Source: Candidatus Omnitrophota bacterium (GTDB lineage Bacteria > Omnitrophota > Gorgyraeia > Gygaellales > Profunditerraquicolaceae). From it: DNA of 64,000 bases. Within the stretch, counting starts at the first letter, position 1; each line of letters opens with the position of its first letter. Positions 1 through 9,444 of this stretch are shown in pieces. The notes beneath the pieces were generated by a model, which worked only from the letters and a program-made list of their open reading frames with translations, did no database searches and was not told the origin of the DNA. The stretch covers positions 154,514 through 218,513 of the forward strand of contig JAQUQW010000002.1 of NCBI GenBank assembly GCA_028716245.1, read 5' to 3'. The position numbers were made by a program, and so were the translations under genes.

Positions 1-3
1 ACC

Positions 4-702
4 ATGGTTACCCGTACTCTCCCTACAAAAAGAGAAAGGATTATCGCCACTATCCTGCTGGCTTTGGCCATTCCCTGTTCAGCTCAGTTAGGGGTGATTC
101 TTTCTTTACTCCACGGAACCTCCAAAGGGCTATTGATTTGGGCCGGGGTGGTAAGTTTAGTCTTTCTTTTTATAGGGTTCCTTTCTTCTAAGATATTACC
201 AGGTGATTCACCGTCGTTTTATATGGAAGTTCCGCCGCTGCGGTTACCAAAATTATTCAATGTGTTTATTAAAACTTACAGCCGGGTTAAATGGTATTTT
301 GCCGAGATATTTCCCATGTTTATATTGGCAAGCATTATAATCTGGATCGGCCAGCTTACCGGGCTATTCGTTATTTTCACCAGAGTATTAGAGTATCCCG
401 TGCGTTGGATAGGTTTGCCGGATAAAACAGCGGTTGCTTTTTTATTCGGGTTTTTTAGGAGAGATTACGGAGCCGGCGGGCTCTACGATATTAAGAAAGC
501 CGGTTTGTTTTCTACAAATCAGCTGGTTGTGGCTTGCGTTACCTTAACTTTATTTCTTCCCTGTATTGCCCAGTTTCTGATGAATGCCAAGGAGAGAGGG
601 TGGAAAACAGGAATTGCCATATCGGTATTTATACTCTTCTTTTCTTTTTTTGTAGGTTTTCTTCTCAATTCAATATTCAATATTTCAGGAGTTCATTTAT
701 GA
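4..702 (+). CDS. feoB: Ferrous iron transporter FeoB, C-terminal membrane (Gate) portion; 5-prime end lies outside the window
   Basis: Open frame from the window edge. Polytopic membrane protein that resembles the FeoB C-terminal gate region. A FeoA-domain gene follows immediately. Confidence 0.6.
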   Translation: MVTRTLPTKRERIIATILLALAIPCSAQLGVILSLLHGTSKGLLIWAGVVSLVFLFIGFLSSKILPGDSPSFYMEVPPLRLPKLFNVFIKTYSRVKWYFAEIFPMFILASIIIWIGQLTGLFVIFTRVLEYPVRWIGLPDKTAVAFLFGFFRRDYGAGGLYDIKKAGLFSTNQLVVACVTLTLFLPCIAQFLMNAKERGWKTGIAISVFILFFSFFVGFLLNSIFNISGVHL

Positions 703-1076
703 AGTGCAGCCTTTGCGGGTTTGTATTTAAAGAAGATCAGGCTCAAGCGGCTTGTGGAAATTGCCCGTTAATAAAAGGGTGCAAACTGATTAGGTGCCCA
801 AAGTGCGGATTTGAAACTCCGCCTGAACCAAAATGGGGAAAATACCTTAAGAAAGGGGGAGGGTTTGTAATGACTGATTTAAATGTTAACCAAAGCGGCA
901 GGATTTGCAGGATTAATACATGCGACCATAAGAAATTGAATAAAATTATGGCCATGGGCGTTTTACCCGGAATGACTATCACTTTGATCCAGAAATTTCC
1001 TTCCTACGTTTTCCAGATTGGCCAATCCCAATTTGCAATAGATAAAAGATTAGCCGAATGCATTTTTGTCGAGTAG
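699..1076 (+). CDS. FeoA-domain protein with an N-terminal Cys-rich zinc-ribbon extension
   Basis: ATG at 699 overlaps the feoB stop. N-terminus MKCSLCGFV..CGNCP..CKLIRCPKCGF gives CxxC/CxxC/CPxCG knuckles. C-terminal approximately 70 aa (LNVNQSGRICRI...MGVLPGMTITL...) resembles the FeoA SH3-like fold. Confidence 0.55.
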   Translation: MKCSLCGFVFKEDQAQAACGNCPLIKGCKLIRCPKCGFETPPEPKWGKYLKKGGGFVMTDLNVNQSGRICRINTCDHKKLNKIMAMGVLPGMTITLIQKFPSYVFQIGQSQFAIDKRLAECIFVE

Positions 1077-1227
1077 ATGTTTATAGGCAGGCAGATGGAA
1101 AGCTTGATGCTCTTCTTCTGAAGAATACCCAAAAGGCAATTTGTCAAATATCGTACTGCCTTTCAGATTACTACAGGTAAAATTGTTTAGATTCGGCGGC
1201 GAGGAAAAAAGTTAAGCTTGAGGTGTT

Positions 1228-1887
1228 TTATTTAAGAAACTGCTCAGCAATCTTTCTTTTACGATTTAAGCAAGGTAGGTTGGGTTTGTAGTAGAGCCAG
1301 GATAGAAGTTTTAAAGAATCATTTTTAGCAAAACGAAGTTGCCAAATAGGAAATTCTCTATTTATTTTAAGATAGTGAGTTAATGACCTTTCTACATTCA
1401 ATGTTTCTTTTATTTTTCCCCTAATCCAGCTAATTTGGTTAAAATTAGTTGAGATAAATTTAGTATATAATCTATGGTAGGTATATCTTTTCCCTTTATA
1501 TTTCATGTATTTATCGGTATAAGTAAAAACAGAACCATCACCATCAAGATGCCCACGCAAGAAATCAACGAAATATTGATCTGGAATATCTAATTTACCC
1601 ATTAACATTGTTTTCTTGGGCAGCAACCCAATTTTTTGCAACCATTGGTAAAATTTTATATTTCCAAAATTTATTCTATAAGTGAGTTTCTTTCCAAATC
1701 CGCTTGGAGGCGTGACCATTGTTTTATTTTTGATACCAAGACACTCTTTGAAGGTATTTGCTAACTGCTGGTCAGTTGTGGTGAAGAGGATGTGCCTTTT
1801 GTCTTTTGATAGGTTTCCATCAGTCGCTATAAGGCCGATAGCGTACGCTAAATTTGAATTCCATTCGTGGTTAATATTTTGTCTCAT
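1228..1887 (-). CDS. LAGLIDADG-family homing endonuclease, free-standing
   Basis: Two LAGLIDADG-type motifs are present: LAYAIGLIATDGNL and FLRGHLDGDGSV. The start is set at Met MRQNINHEW because the longer track ORF (to 1980) reads through the tRNA-Leu gene. Confidence 0.65.
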   Translation of the reverse strand: MRQNINHEWNSNLAYAIGLIATDGNLSKDKRHILFTTTDQQLANTFKECLGIKNKTMVTPPSGFGKKLTYRINFGNIKFYQWLQKIGLLPKKTMLMGKLDIPDQYFVDFLRGHLDGDGSVFTYTDKYMKYKGKRYTYHRLYTKFISTNFNQISWIRGKIKETLNVERSLTHYLKINREFPIWQLRFAKNDSLKLLSWLYYKPNLPCLNRKRKIAEQFLK

Positions 1888-1895
1888 TAAAAAAG

Positions 1896-1978
1896 TACCG
1901 GGAGAGGGACTTGAACCCACATGAGCTTGCGCTCGGCAGCTTTTGAGGCTGCTGCGTCTGCCATTTCGCCATCCCGGC
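1896..1978 (-). tRNA. tRNA-Leu (anticodon CAA), type II with a long variable arm
   Basis: Reverse complement folds as GCCGGGA acceptor stem, D-stem GCG/CGC, anticodon stem GCAGC/GCTGC with loop CTCAAAA, variable arm GAGC-GCAA-GCTC, and T-loop TTCAAGT. There is one U-U mismatch in the T-stem. Confidence 0.75.
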
Positions 1979-2043
1979 ATATATTTTTAAGTTGACGCTA
2001 AGCATTTTATATTCTAAAATAGCAAAGGTCAATACATAAATTT

Positions 2044-2120
2044 TGGGGCTGTAGCTCAGCTGGGAGAGCACTTGCATGGCATGCAAGGGGTCAGGAGTTC
2101 GATCCTCCTCAGCTCCACCA
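2044..2120 (+). tRNA. tRNA-Ala (anticodon GGC) with encoded CCA
   Basis: GGGGCTGTAGCTCAGCTGGGAGAGC...CTTGC-ATGGCAT-GCAAG...GGTTCGATCC...AGCTCCACCA. The G3:U70 alanine identity pair is present, the cloverleaf is canonical, and CCA is encoded. Confidence 0.9.
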
Positions 2121-2205
2121 ACTTTTTACAAAGGGCGGATAATCTCCGTCCTTTGTTTTATAAGCTATTGACGCTCATTTTAGGAGGGGGTATAATCTAA
2201 GCATT

Positions 2206-3054
2206 ATGATTCTAGGCGCGCATATTTCCGGGGCAGGAAAGATTTACCAGACACTGGATATCGCTCACGATTTAAAATGCGATACCATGCAGATCTTCAG
2301 CCGTTCCCCGCAGTCCTGGCGTAACGGCGCTCAAATTGCCCCTGAAGATATCGAGGAATTTATCGCCCGGCGCAAGAAATATAAAATTAACCCGGTTTTT
2401 ATCCATATATCTTACCTGATTAATTTGGCTTCTCCTGATGCGCGCCTCTACCACGGTTCGATCCAGGCTTATATTGAGGATATTCAGGAGGCGGATAAAT
2501 TAGGCGTTGATTATATTGTTACGCATATGGGCAGCCATAAGGAGACCTCCGAGGATGCCGGAATTAAGCGGTTGATTGAAGCGCTAAATAAAATAATCGA
2601 GAAGACCAAAGATTCTAAAGTCGGAATATTATTGGAAAATACTTCCGGCAGCGGATCCTGGCTGGGCTACAGGTTTTATCATCAACATAAAATTATCAAA
2701 GGCATCAAAGAAAAATCCCGCGTAGGTTTATGTCTGGATACCGCCCATGCTTATTTAGCCGGATATAACCTGGCTACCAAAGAAGGCCTTGAAAAAATGA
2801 TCGATGAGATTGATGAGATGGTTGGGACAAAATTGATTAAACTCATCCACCTTAATGACGCAGCAGGAGAATTGGGTTGCCACCATGACCGCCACGACCA
2901 TATCGGACAGGGCCACATTGGCCTGGCCGGGATGAAAAGAATTATCAATCATCCTAAATTAAAGAATATCCCGATGATTTTAGAAACACCCAAAAGCACT
3001 GAAGACAGCGATAAGAAAAACTTGGCTTTGGTAAGAAAACTGGGGCGTAAATAA
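2206..3054 (+). CDS. nfo: Endonuclease IV (AP endonuclease family 2, xylose-isomerase-like TIM barrel)
   Basis: 282 aa. [35 protein letters not shown] and IHLNDAAGE are Nfo metal-ligand motifs. Confidence 0.85.
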   Translation: MILGAHISGAGKIYQTLDIAHDLKCDTMQIFSRSPQSWRNGAQIAPEDIEEFIARRKKYKINPVFIHISYLINLASPDARLYHGSIQAYIEDIQEADKLGVDYIVTHMGSHKETSEDAGIKRLIEALNKIIEKTKDSKVGILLENTSGSGSWLGYRFYHQHKIIKGIKEKSRVGLCLDTAHAYLAGYNLATKEGLEKMIDEIDEMVGTKLIKLIHLNDAAGELGCHHDRHDHIGQGHIGLAGMKRIINHPKLKNIPMILETPKSTEDSDKKNLALVRKLGRK

Positions 3055-3055
3055 A

Positions 3056-5455
3056 ATGCATTATAATTTTAAAAAGATCGAAGAAAAATGGCAAAAAAAA
3101 TGGCAGCAAGCTTATGCCTTCCGCGCGCAAGCCGATCCTAAACGTAAAAAATATTATCTGCTGGAAATGTTTCCCTACCCCAGCGGTAAAATTCACATGG
3201 GCCATGTGCGTAATTACACTATCGGCGATGTTGCCAGCCGTTTTAAAAGTTTAGAGGGTTATAACGTAATGCACCCGATGGGCTTTGATGCTTTTGGCCA
3301 GCCGGCGGAGAACGCGGCGATAAAAAACAAAACCAAGCCTGGCGACTGGACGCGTAAATGTATCAAGGAGATGGAAACAGAATTAAAGAAAATGGGTTTT
3401 TCCTACGATTGGGAGCGGGAAGTTTCCACCTGCCAAAGCGATTATTATAAATGGAACCAGTGGATTTTCCTCAAGATGCTTGAACGCGGCCTGGCTTATA
3501 GGAAGGCTTCACAAGTTAACTGGTGCCCCAGCTGCGCCACAACTTTAGCGAATGAAGAAGTGATCGAAGGCGAGTGCTGGCGCTGCCAGACAAAAGTAGA
3601 GCAAAAAGATTTAGAGCAATGGTATTTAAAGATTACCGGATATAAAGAAAGATTATTGGAGGATTTAAACCAGCTTAAAAATTGGCCGGCGCGGGTTTTG
3701 GCAATGCAGAATAACTGGATCGGCAAAAGCAGCGGCGTGGATATTTATTTTCGCCTGGAAAATAGCGATAAATTGATTTCGGTTTTTACTACCCGGGTGG
3801 ATACTATTTTTGGGGCAACTTACATTGTCCTGGCTCCGGAGCACCCTTTAGTTTTAGATTTAATTAAGGGCAAACCTCAGGAAAAAGAGGCTTTAGAGTT
3901 TATCAAAAAGGTTGCCAGCGAAAGTAAAATAGTGCGCGCCGCATCCGACGTTAAAAAAGAAGGGGTTTTTACCGGAAGCTTCGCGATTAATCCGGTAAAT
4001 AATGAAAAGGTCCCGGTTTGGATTGCCGATTATGTTTTAATGGAATATGGAACAGGGGCGATTATGGCTGTGCCCACGCATGATCAGCGGGATTTTCTTT
4101 TTGCCAAAGAGCATAAGCTGCCAATGCGCATTGTCATTTCGCCTGAAGATAATTCTCTAAAATCCGCGGAAGTATTAACCCGGGCATATGAAGGCGATGG
4201 CATTCAGGTGAATTCCGGAGAATTTGACGGGTTAAACAATCAGGAGGCCAAGACAAAAATTGCCCAATGGATGGAGGCTAAGGGCATCGGTAAAATACAA
4301 ACCCATTGGCGCCTGCGTGACTGGTTGATTTCCCGCCAGCGTTATTGGGGCACTCCCATACCGGTGATTTATTGCCCGGCTTGCGGCATTGTCCCGGTTC
4401 CTTTTAAAGATTTGCCCGTTGAGCTGCCGGCTGATGCGCCTTTTACCGGAGAAGGCGGAAGCCCTTTAGGCAAGGTTAAGCAATTTGTAGAAGTAAAATG
4501 TCCTAAGTGTAAAGGAAAAGCTCGCCGGGAAACCGATACCATGGCTACTTTTTTTGACTCCTCCTGGTATTTCTTAAGGTTCTGCTCGTCTAAATTTAAC
4601 GCGGCGCCGTTTGATGTAAATGAAGCCAAATACTGGATGGCCGTTGATCAGTATATCGGAGGTATTGAGCATGCGATCCTGCATTTGTTGTATTCGCGGT
4701 TTTTTACTAAATTTTTCCAGGATTTAAAGATGATTGATTTCAGTGAGCCGTTTGATAAGCTGCTCACTCAGGGGATGGTTTTAAAAGACGGCGAAGTTAT
4801 GTCAAAGTCCAGGGGTAATATCGTTGATCCGGATTCGATGATTAAGAATTACGGCGCCGATGCCCTGCGCCTGTTTATCTTATTTGCCGCTCCGCCGGAG
4901 ACGGAGTTGGAGTGGGAGGAGCGCGGGTTAGAAGGAGCGTATAAATTTTTAAACCGTGTCTGGCGGATCCAGGAAAATTTAAAGGGTAACGCTGATCCGC
5001 AGGTATTAAAAGCCCTGCACAAGACAATAAAAAAAGTAGGCGCGGATTTTAGCGAATTTAAGTTTAACACCGCCATTGCCGGTTTGATGGAGCTAACCAA
5101 CATTATTTATCAATTAGGCGCAGATAAGCAGGTATTTTCCAGCCTTGTCATTATGCTTAGCCCGATTGTCCCGCATTTTTCCGAAGAGCTTTGGCAGATT
5201 TTAGGCAACAAGGAAAGTATATTTAAAACCAGCTGGCCTAAATATGATCCTCAGTTGCTGGTTGAAGAAAATGTGGAGTTGGTAATTCAGGTTAACGGTA
5301 AAGTACGCAGTAAAATCGAAGTTGCCCGCGGTATGTCCGAAGATAAACTTAAAGAATTGGTGCTTAAAGATGAAAAATTAATTCCCTGGCTGGAAGGCAA
5401 AACCCCGAAGAAATTCATCATTGTCCCGCAAAAACTCGTCAATATCGTAATTTAA
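3056..5455 (+). CDS. leuS: Leucyl-tRNA synthetase
   Basis: 799 aa. Class I HMGH motif ([13 protein letters not shown]), KMSKS (VMSKSRGN), and a bacterial-type CP1 editing domain. Confidence 0.95.
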   Translation: MHYNFKKIEEKWQKKWQQAYAFRAQADPKRKKYYLLEMFPYPSGKIHMGHVRNYTIGDVASRFKSLEGYNVMHPMGFDAFGQPAENAAIKNKTKPGDWTRKCIKEMETELKKMGFSYDWEREVSTCQSDYYKWNQWIFLKMLERGLAYRKASQVNWCPSCATTLANEEVIEGECWRCQTKVEQKDLEQWYLKITGYKERLLEDLNQLKNWPARVLAMQNNWIGKSSGVDIYFRLENSDKLISVFTTRVDTIFGATYIVLAPEHPLVLDLIKGKPQEKEALEFIKKVASESKIVRAASDVKKEGVFTGSFAINPVNNEKVPVWIADYVLMEYGTGAIMAVPTHDQRDFLFAKEHKLPMRIVISPEDNSLKSAEVLTRAYEGDGIQVNSGEFDGLNNQEAKTKIAQWMEAKGIGKIQTHWRLRDWLISRQRYWGTPIPVIYCPACGIVPVPFKDLPVELPADAPFTGEGGSPLGKVKQFVEVKCPKCKGKARRETDTMATFFDSSWYFLRFCSSKFNAAPFDVNEAKYWMAVDQYIGGIEHAILHLLYSRFFTKFFQDLKMIDFSEPFDKLLTQGMVLKDGEVMSKSRGNIVDPDSMIKNYGADALRLFILFAAPPETELEWEERGLEGAYKFLNRVWRIQENLKGNADPQVLKALHKTIKKVGADFSEFKFNTAIAGLMELTNIIYQLGADKQVFSSLVIMLSPIVPHFSEELWQILGNKESIFKTSWPKYDPQLLVEENVELVIQVNGKVRSKIEVARGMSEDKLKELVLKDEKLIPWLEGKTPKKFIIVPQKLVNIVI

Positions 5456-5458
5456 TAA

Positions 5459-5495
5459 GGGGGACAATAAGGGGGACGTCCTCTTAGGGGACACC
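5459..5495 (+). repeat. REP-like left end of the RayT element (GGGGAC-rich; GGGGGACGTCCTCTTAGGGGACAC)
   Basis: Its reverse complement is found at 6155-6177 (GGGGACGTCCT-AAAAA-GGGACAC). The two copies bracket the transposase gene in inverted orientation. Confidence 0.6.
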
Positions 5496-5562
5496 CTTTT
5501 ATTAAAATAATTGTTAGAAGCGGCCTCTTTTTACGTCAATTAAAGTAAAAGGAGGATTTTTT

Positions 5563-6153
5563 ATGCCAAGAAAAGCGCGAAGGTTGATTGACGGGGGACA
5601 TTACCATGTTGTAACCAGGGGTATTGACTGCAGAAAATTGTTTAGAGATAAAGCGGATAATCAGTATTTTTTAAACATCATATCTGCTAATCTGCCAAAA
5701 TTCAAAATTTCAATTTTTCATTATTGTCTTATGGTAAACCACATCCATCTATTGATTAAAGCTATAAGAGCAGCGGATCTGCCAAAGTTTATGCAGGCAG
5801 TTCTACAAGGATACGCTCATTATTTCAGAAAGAAATATCTTTCGGTAGGATTTGTTTTCCAGAATCGATATAAAAGTCGGTTAATTGATAATGATACATA
5901 TCTCTTGGAATGCGGTCGATATATCGAAAGGAATCCTTTGAGATCAAAAACAGTGCTAGAGCTTTCCAGGTATCATTGGAGCAGTTATCTGCTATATGCA
6001 ACAGGTGAACAAAATGGCATAGTTAGAGTATTGGATCCTTTATATTTAGATTTAGCCAGTACAGACGAGAAACGCAGGGAGGCGTATGTTAATTATGTCT
6101 TACAGGGGCGGCCGTATGAAGATATTTTAGATAAGGAATTTCATATTAAATAG
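5563..6153 (+). mobile_element. REP-associated tyrosine transposase (RayT) / IS200-like HUH transposase gene
   Basis: 196 aa. GHYHVVTRG N-terminus, HUH motif in CLMVNHIHLLIKA, C-terminal Tyr-containing helix (RYIERNPLRS...WSSYLLY). Inserted between leuS and a response-regulator gene. Confidence 0.75.
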
Positions 6154-6154
6154 A

Positions 6155-6177
6155 GTGTCCCTTTTTAGGACGTCCCC
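6155..6177 (+). repeat. REP-like right end, inverted copy of the 5459-5495 motif
   Basis: GTGTCCCTTTTTAGGACGTCCCC is the reverse complement of the left-end motif with a short loop change. Confidence 0.6.
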
Positions 6178-6178
6178 T

Positions 6179-6562
6179 TTATTCTTCTAAAACATCCTTA
6201 ATATCAAAAAGTAGCCTTTGGTAATCGATGGGTTTTTCGACATAGACGGTGATCCCGCTTTTGGCGGCGATATGCTTGTCAATTTCTTCATGTTTTAAGG
6301 AGGTGGCGATGATCGGGGTATCGATAAATTCCGGCAGGCTTTTTATGTCCTGAGCAACTTTAAAACCGCTTTCATCCGGCAGGACCAGATCAAGGAGTAT
6401 GCAGTCAGGTTTCTCCGCCTTAACTTTTTCTACGCCTTCCTGACCACTGTAGGCAGTCACTACCCGGTAACCTGCTTTAAGCAGCTTTTCCTTACTTTCC
6501 TTGACGATGTTATAATCATCGTCAATAATCAGGATCTTCTTAGGCATAGATAAATTATACAC
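6179..6562 (-). CDS. Single-domain response regulator (CheY-like receiver)
   Basis: 127 aa. KILIIDDD, phospho-acceptor context LLDLVLPD, conserved T/S (IIATS) and K (EKP). Confidence 0.8.
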   Translation of the reverse strand: MYNLSMPKKILIIDDDYNIVKESKEKLLKAGYRVVTAYSGQEGVEKVKAEKPDCILLDLVLPDESGFKVAQDIKSLPEFIDTPIIATSLKHEEIDKHIAAKSGITVYVEKPIDYQRLLFDIKDVLEE

Positions 6563-6589
6563 TAAAAAACCTATGATTACAATTAGATA

Positions 6590-6629
6590 AGACCCTGTTT
6601 CCCGATTGACTGGGAAACAGGGTCTTATA
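6590..6629. promoter_or_regulatory. Perfect 16-bp inverted repeat (AAGACCCTGTTTCCC-N8-GGGAAACAGGGTCTT) in a divergent promoter region
   Basis: Read directly from the sequence. No flanking U-tract on either strand. Lies between the divergently transcribed response regulator and comEA-like gene. Confidence 0.4.
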
Positions 6630-6681
6630 AATAGTTAGATTATGGGGTTTTGTGCGTCTATTAAAACGAGGAGGGTTGGCC

Positions 6682-7011
6682 ATGTTTAATTTTACCCCGG
6701 AAGAAAAAAAGGTAATTTTGTTTATTTTAGGCCTGGCGTTTTGCGGGTTAGCGTTAAGTAATTTAGCCAAAGCCGGCTGCCGCGTAGAGAAAATGGTCTA
6801 TCCGCAAGTCCAATTAGCCAGGATAAACCTTAACCAAGTAACTTTGGCAGAGTTAATCCGGTTTAAATGCGTCTCGGGAAAATTGGCTCAAGCCATCGTA
6901 GAGTACCGTAATTTACATAAAGAGTTTGCTAGTTTAGAAGAACTAAAAGAAATTAAAGGGATAGGGGAGAAGCGTTACGAGAAGCTAAAGGAGATATTTT
7001 TTGTTGAATGA
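6682..7011 (+). CDS. comEA: ComEA-like competence protein (signal anchor plus helix-hairpin-helix DNA-binding domain)
   Basis: INLNQVTLAELIRFKCVSGKLAQAIVEYRN...LEELKEIKGIGEKRYEKLKE is the ComEA HhH signature. An alternative upstream start is at 6652. Confidence 0.75.
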   Translation: MFNFTPEEKKVILFILGLAFCGLALSNLAKAGCRVEKMVYPQVQLARINLNQVTLAELIRFKCVSGKLAQAIVEYRNLHKEFASLEELKEIKGIGEKRYEKLKEIFFVE

Positions 7012-8423
7012 AAACTCCGTTTGTAGCGCTAACCGTATTTTATTGCTTAGGAATTATTTTAGCCGAATTTATACCGGCTAACTTTTGGCTGATTATGGCA
7101 GTAGGAGCAATTATCTTTTTTGCGGCAAGCTTATCGAAGGCAAAAAATTATATATTTTTGGTTTTGCTATCATTTTTAGTGCTGTTTTTGGGAATTCTAA
7201 GCTTAAAGAATTCTTATCGATTACCTAAATGCCATATTAGTAATTTTGTTTACTACAAGAATAATTCTTTTTATAGCTTAAGCGGATCTATCGATAGCCA
7301 GCCAGTATTAAACAATAATCGGCTTTGGTTTAGTTTTCGCACACAAGAAATCCAGGTTAATAAATTAAAGTGGCATTGTTGCGGCCAGGTTCTGGTTAAA
7401 ATTGATTTTCCACAAGAATTAAATTATGGAGATAACTTAACGCTGTTGGGGAATTTAACCCGCCCGTATAATTTTAACAGTACCAGACAGGGGTATAAAG
7501 ATTTTTTGGCGCGTCAGGGTATTCATTTAATCATGCGTATAAAGGATCCCCGGCAAATTATCCGCCGGAGCGGCTTTGGCGGATCCCGATTAATTGGCGC
7601 TTCATTTTGGCTGCGCTCTAAGATGGAAGAGGTGGTTAACCACAATCTTCCGGATTTACCGGCAAGCATACTTTCGGCGATGATTTTAGGCCAAAGGCGC
7701 AATATTCCCTGGGTAGTAAATGATTCGATGATTAAATCCGGCACGGTGCATATTTTAGTTGTCAGCGGTTTTAACGTTGGCATTGTCGCTTTTAGCATTA
7801 ACCTATTGTTAAAAATTTTGCGGATTGCGCGTAAGGGGCGGATTATTTTGACAATAATCTGCCTGCTCGCCTATTGCTTAATCACCGGCTCAAGCAATCC
7901 GGTTATCCGCGCTACGGTTATGGGGATAGTTTTTTTAGCGGCGTATCTCTTAAAAAGAGATCCGGATATATATAATTCTTTGGCTGGTGCTGCGTTATTT
8001 ATTTTAATAATCAATCCCCGGCAATTGTTTGATGTTGGTTTTCAATTATCTTTTATTAGCGTACTGGCAATTGTTTACCTTTACCCCAGACTAAAAGCTT
8101 TAACTCATTTAGAGAATTACAAAAATAAAGTATGGAAATTTATCGGTGAGGGGTTTTTGGTTTCATTTTCTGCCTGGTTGGGCACACTATGGATTATTGT
8201 TTTTAATTTCAGGATTATTGCCCCGGTAACAATTTTGGCCAATATTTTGATTGTTCCCCTGGCTACCGTAATTACTTTATGCGGGTTTACCCTGGTTCTC
8301 TCCGGCCTGATTTATCCGCACCTGGCCAGCCTCTTTAGCGCTCCCGCCTCAGCGTTGATTACCCTGCTTTTAAATATAAATTGCGCGGTAATCCGGCTGC
8401 CACTAGCTTATTTTTACCTTTGA
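7008..8423 (+). CDS. comEC: ComEC/Rec2 DNA-uptake channel protein, short form without the C-terminal metallo-beta-lactamase domain
   Basis: 471 aa polytopic membrane protein with a DUF4131-like N-terminus and a competence domain (HILVVSGFNVGIV). Adjacent to comEA. Confidence 0.7.
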   Translation: MKTPFVALTVFYCLGIILAEFIPANFWLIMAVGAIIFFAASLSKAKNYIFLVLLSFLVLFLGILSLKNSYRLPKCHISNFVYYKNNSFYSLSGSIDSQPVLNNNRLWFSFRTQEIQVNKLKWHCCGQVLVKIDFPQELNYGDNLTLLGNLTRPYNFNSTRQGYKDFLARQGIHLIMRIKDPRQIIRRSGFGGSRLIGASFWLRSKMEEVVNHNLPDLPASILSAMILGQRRNIPWVVNDSMIKSGTVHILVVSGFNVGIVAFSINLLLKILRIARKGRIILTIICLLAYCLITGSSNPVIRATVMGIVFLAAYLLKRDPDIYNSLAGAALFILIINPRQLFDVGFQLSFISVLAIVYLYPRLKALTHLENYKNKVWKFIGEGFLVSFSAWLGTLWIIVFNFRIIAPVTILANILIVPLATVITLCGFTLVLSGLIYPHLASLFSAPASALITLLLNINCAVIRLPLAYFYL

Positions 8424-8490
8424 CAAAGCCATCCGGCTATGATAAATTGAAAAGGTTGCAAAAACCGTTTTTTCGAGGGATCTCAACAAT

Positions 8491-9444
8491 ATGAAACGCA
8501 TAATCTTAAGTTTATTAATAATTTCTTTTTTATCCATCCAGCCGGCGTATTCCTATTGGATCTGGACCCCTAAGAGCGGCAAATGGGTAAACCCCAAAAA
8601 TCTGCCCAAGGATAACCCTAAGGAGCAATTTGCGTATGCCAAGTCTTATTTTGATAATAATAAATACGAAGAGGCAAAGCGTGAATTCCGTAAATTGCTT
8701 AAGGCTTATCCTAAGTCTGCCGAGGCGGCGGAAAGCCAATATTATCTGGGTTTAGTCGAGGAACATCAGGGTAAACTATACGAAGCATTTCAGGCTTATC
8801 AACTGGTTATCGATAAGTATCCTTTTAGTGAGCGTATTCAGGAAATTATCGAGAAGGAATATAAAATCGCCGAGAAATTTATGGCCGGGGAAAAACGTAA
8901 AGCATTGGGCATAGATTTACCTGTGGATAATCCGGCAATTGAGATATTTGGAAAGGTGGTCGAAAATTCTACCTACGGGCCGCTGGCGCCAAAAGCGCAA
9001 TATAAATTAGGCTTGGTTTTAAAAGGGTTGCTGCGTTATTACGAGGCGGAAGAGGAGTTTAATAAAGTGGTTTCCCGCTATCCGGATAGCGAATGGGCAT
9101 CCGCGGCAAAATTTCAGATCGCCTCCTGTCGGGCCAGCCTGTCCAAAGGCTCAGCTTATGACCAGGGCGCAGCGCAGGAGGCAAAAGAAAGGTTCGAGGA
9201 GTTTGTGAAGGAGCATCCTGATGCCGTGCTTTCCCTGGACGCGCAGAAGAATATCGATCAGATCCGGGAGAAAGAGGCGCAAGCCAGCTATGATATTGGG
9301 CGTTTTTATGAGAAACAAAAAGCTTTTGATTCGGCAAAGATCTATTATAATGACATCATCAATAACCACGCAGAAAGCCCCTGGGCTAAGGAAGCGGCGG
9401 CTAGATTACAGATAATGGAGCAGAAAAATGAAAAAAAGAATTAA
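8491..9444 (+). CDS. TPR-repeat outer-membrane assembly factor, BamD/YfiO-like
   Basis: Signal peptide followed by multiple TPR-like repeats (AEAAESQYYLGLVEEHQGKLYEAFQAYQLVIDKYP...). Immediately upstream of the lptE-holA pair. Confidence 0.45.
   Translation: MKRIILSLLIISFLSIQPAYSYWIWTPKSGKWVNPKNLPKDNPKEQFAYAKSYFDNNKYEEAKREFRKLLKAYPKSAEAAESQYYLGLVEEHQGKLYEAFQAYQLVIDKYPFSERIQEIIEKEYKIAEKFMAGEKRKALGIDLPVDNPAIEIFGKVVENSTYGPLAPKAQYKLGLVLKGLLRYYEAEEEFNKVVSRYPDSEWASAAKFQIASCRASLSKGSAYDQGAAQEAKERFEEFVKEHPDAVLSLDAQKNIDQIREKEAQASYDIGRFYEKQKAFDSAKIYYNDIINNHAESPWAKEAAARLQIMEQKNEKKN

Noticed and set aside
743-982. Antisense and embedded ORFs inside long genes across the window (743-982, 2272-2454, 3496-3726, 4369-4629, 9059-9337, 21683-22003, 25413-25751, 30840-31373, 50221-50589, 53749-54102 and similar)
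   Set aside because: Each lies fully inside a well-supported gene on the other strand or frame, lacks an SD and has biased amino-acid composition.
1896-1978. Possible group I intron interrupting tRNA-Leu next to the LAGLIDADG gene
   Set aside because: The tRNA folds as a continuous 83-nt type II cloverleaf with an intact CAA anticodon loop, so no insertion is present.
1888-1980. N-terminal 31 codons of the 250-aa minus-strand ORF 1228-1980
   Set aside because: This stretch is the tRNA-Leu gene read in a protein frame. The LAGLIDADG gene is called from the internal Met at 1887.
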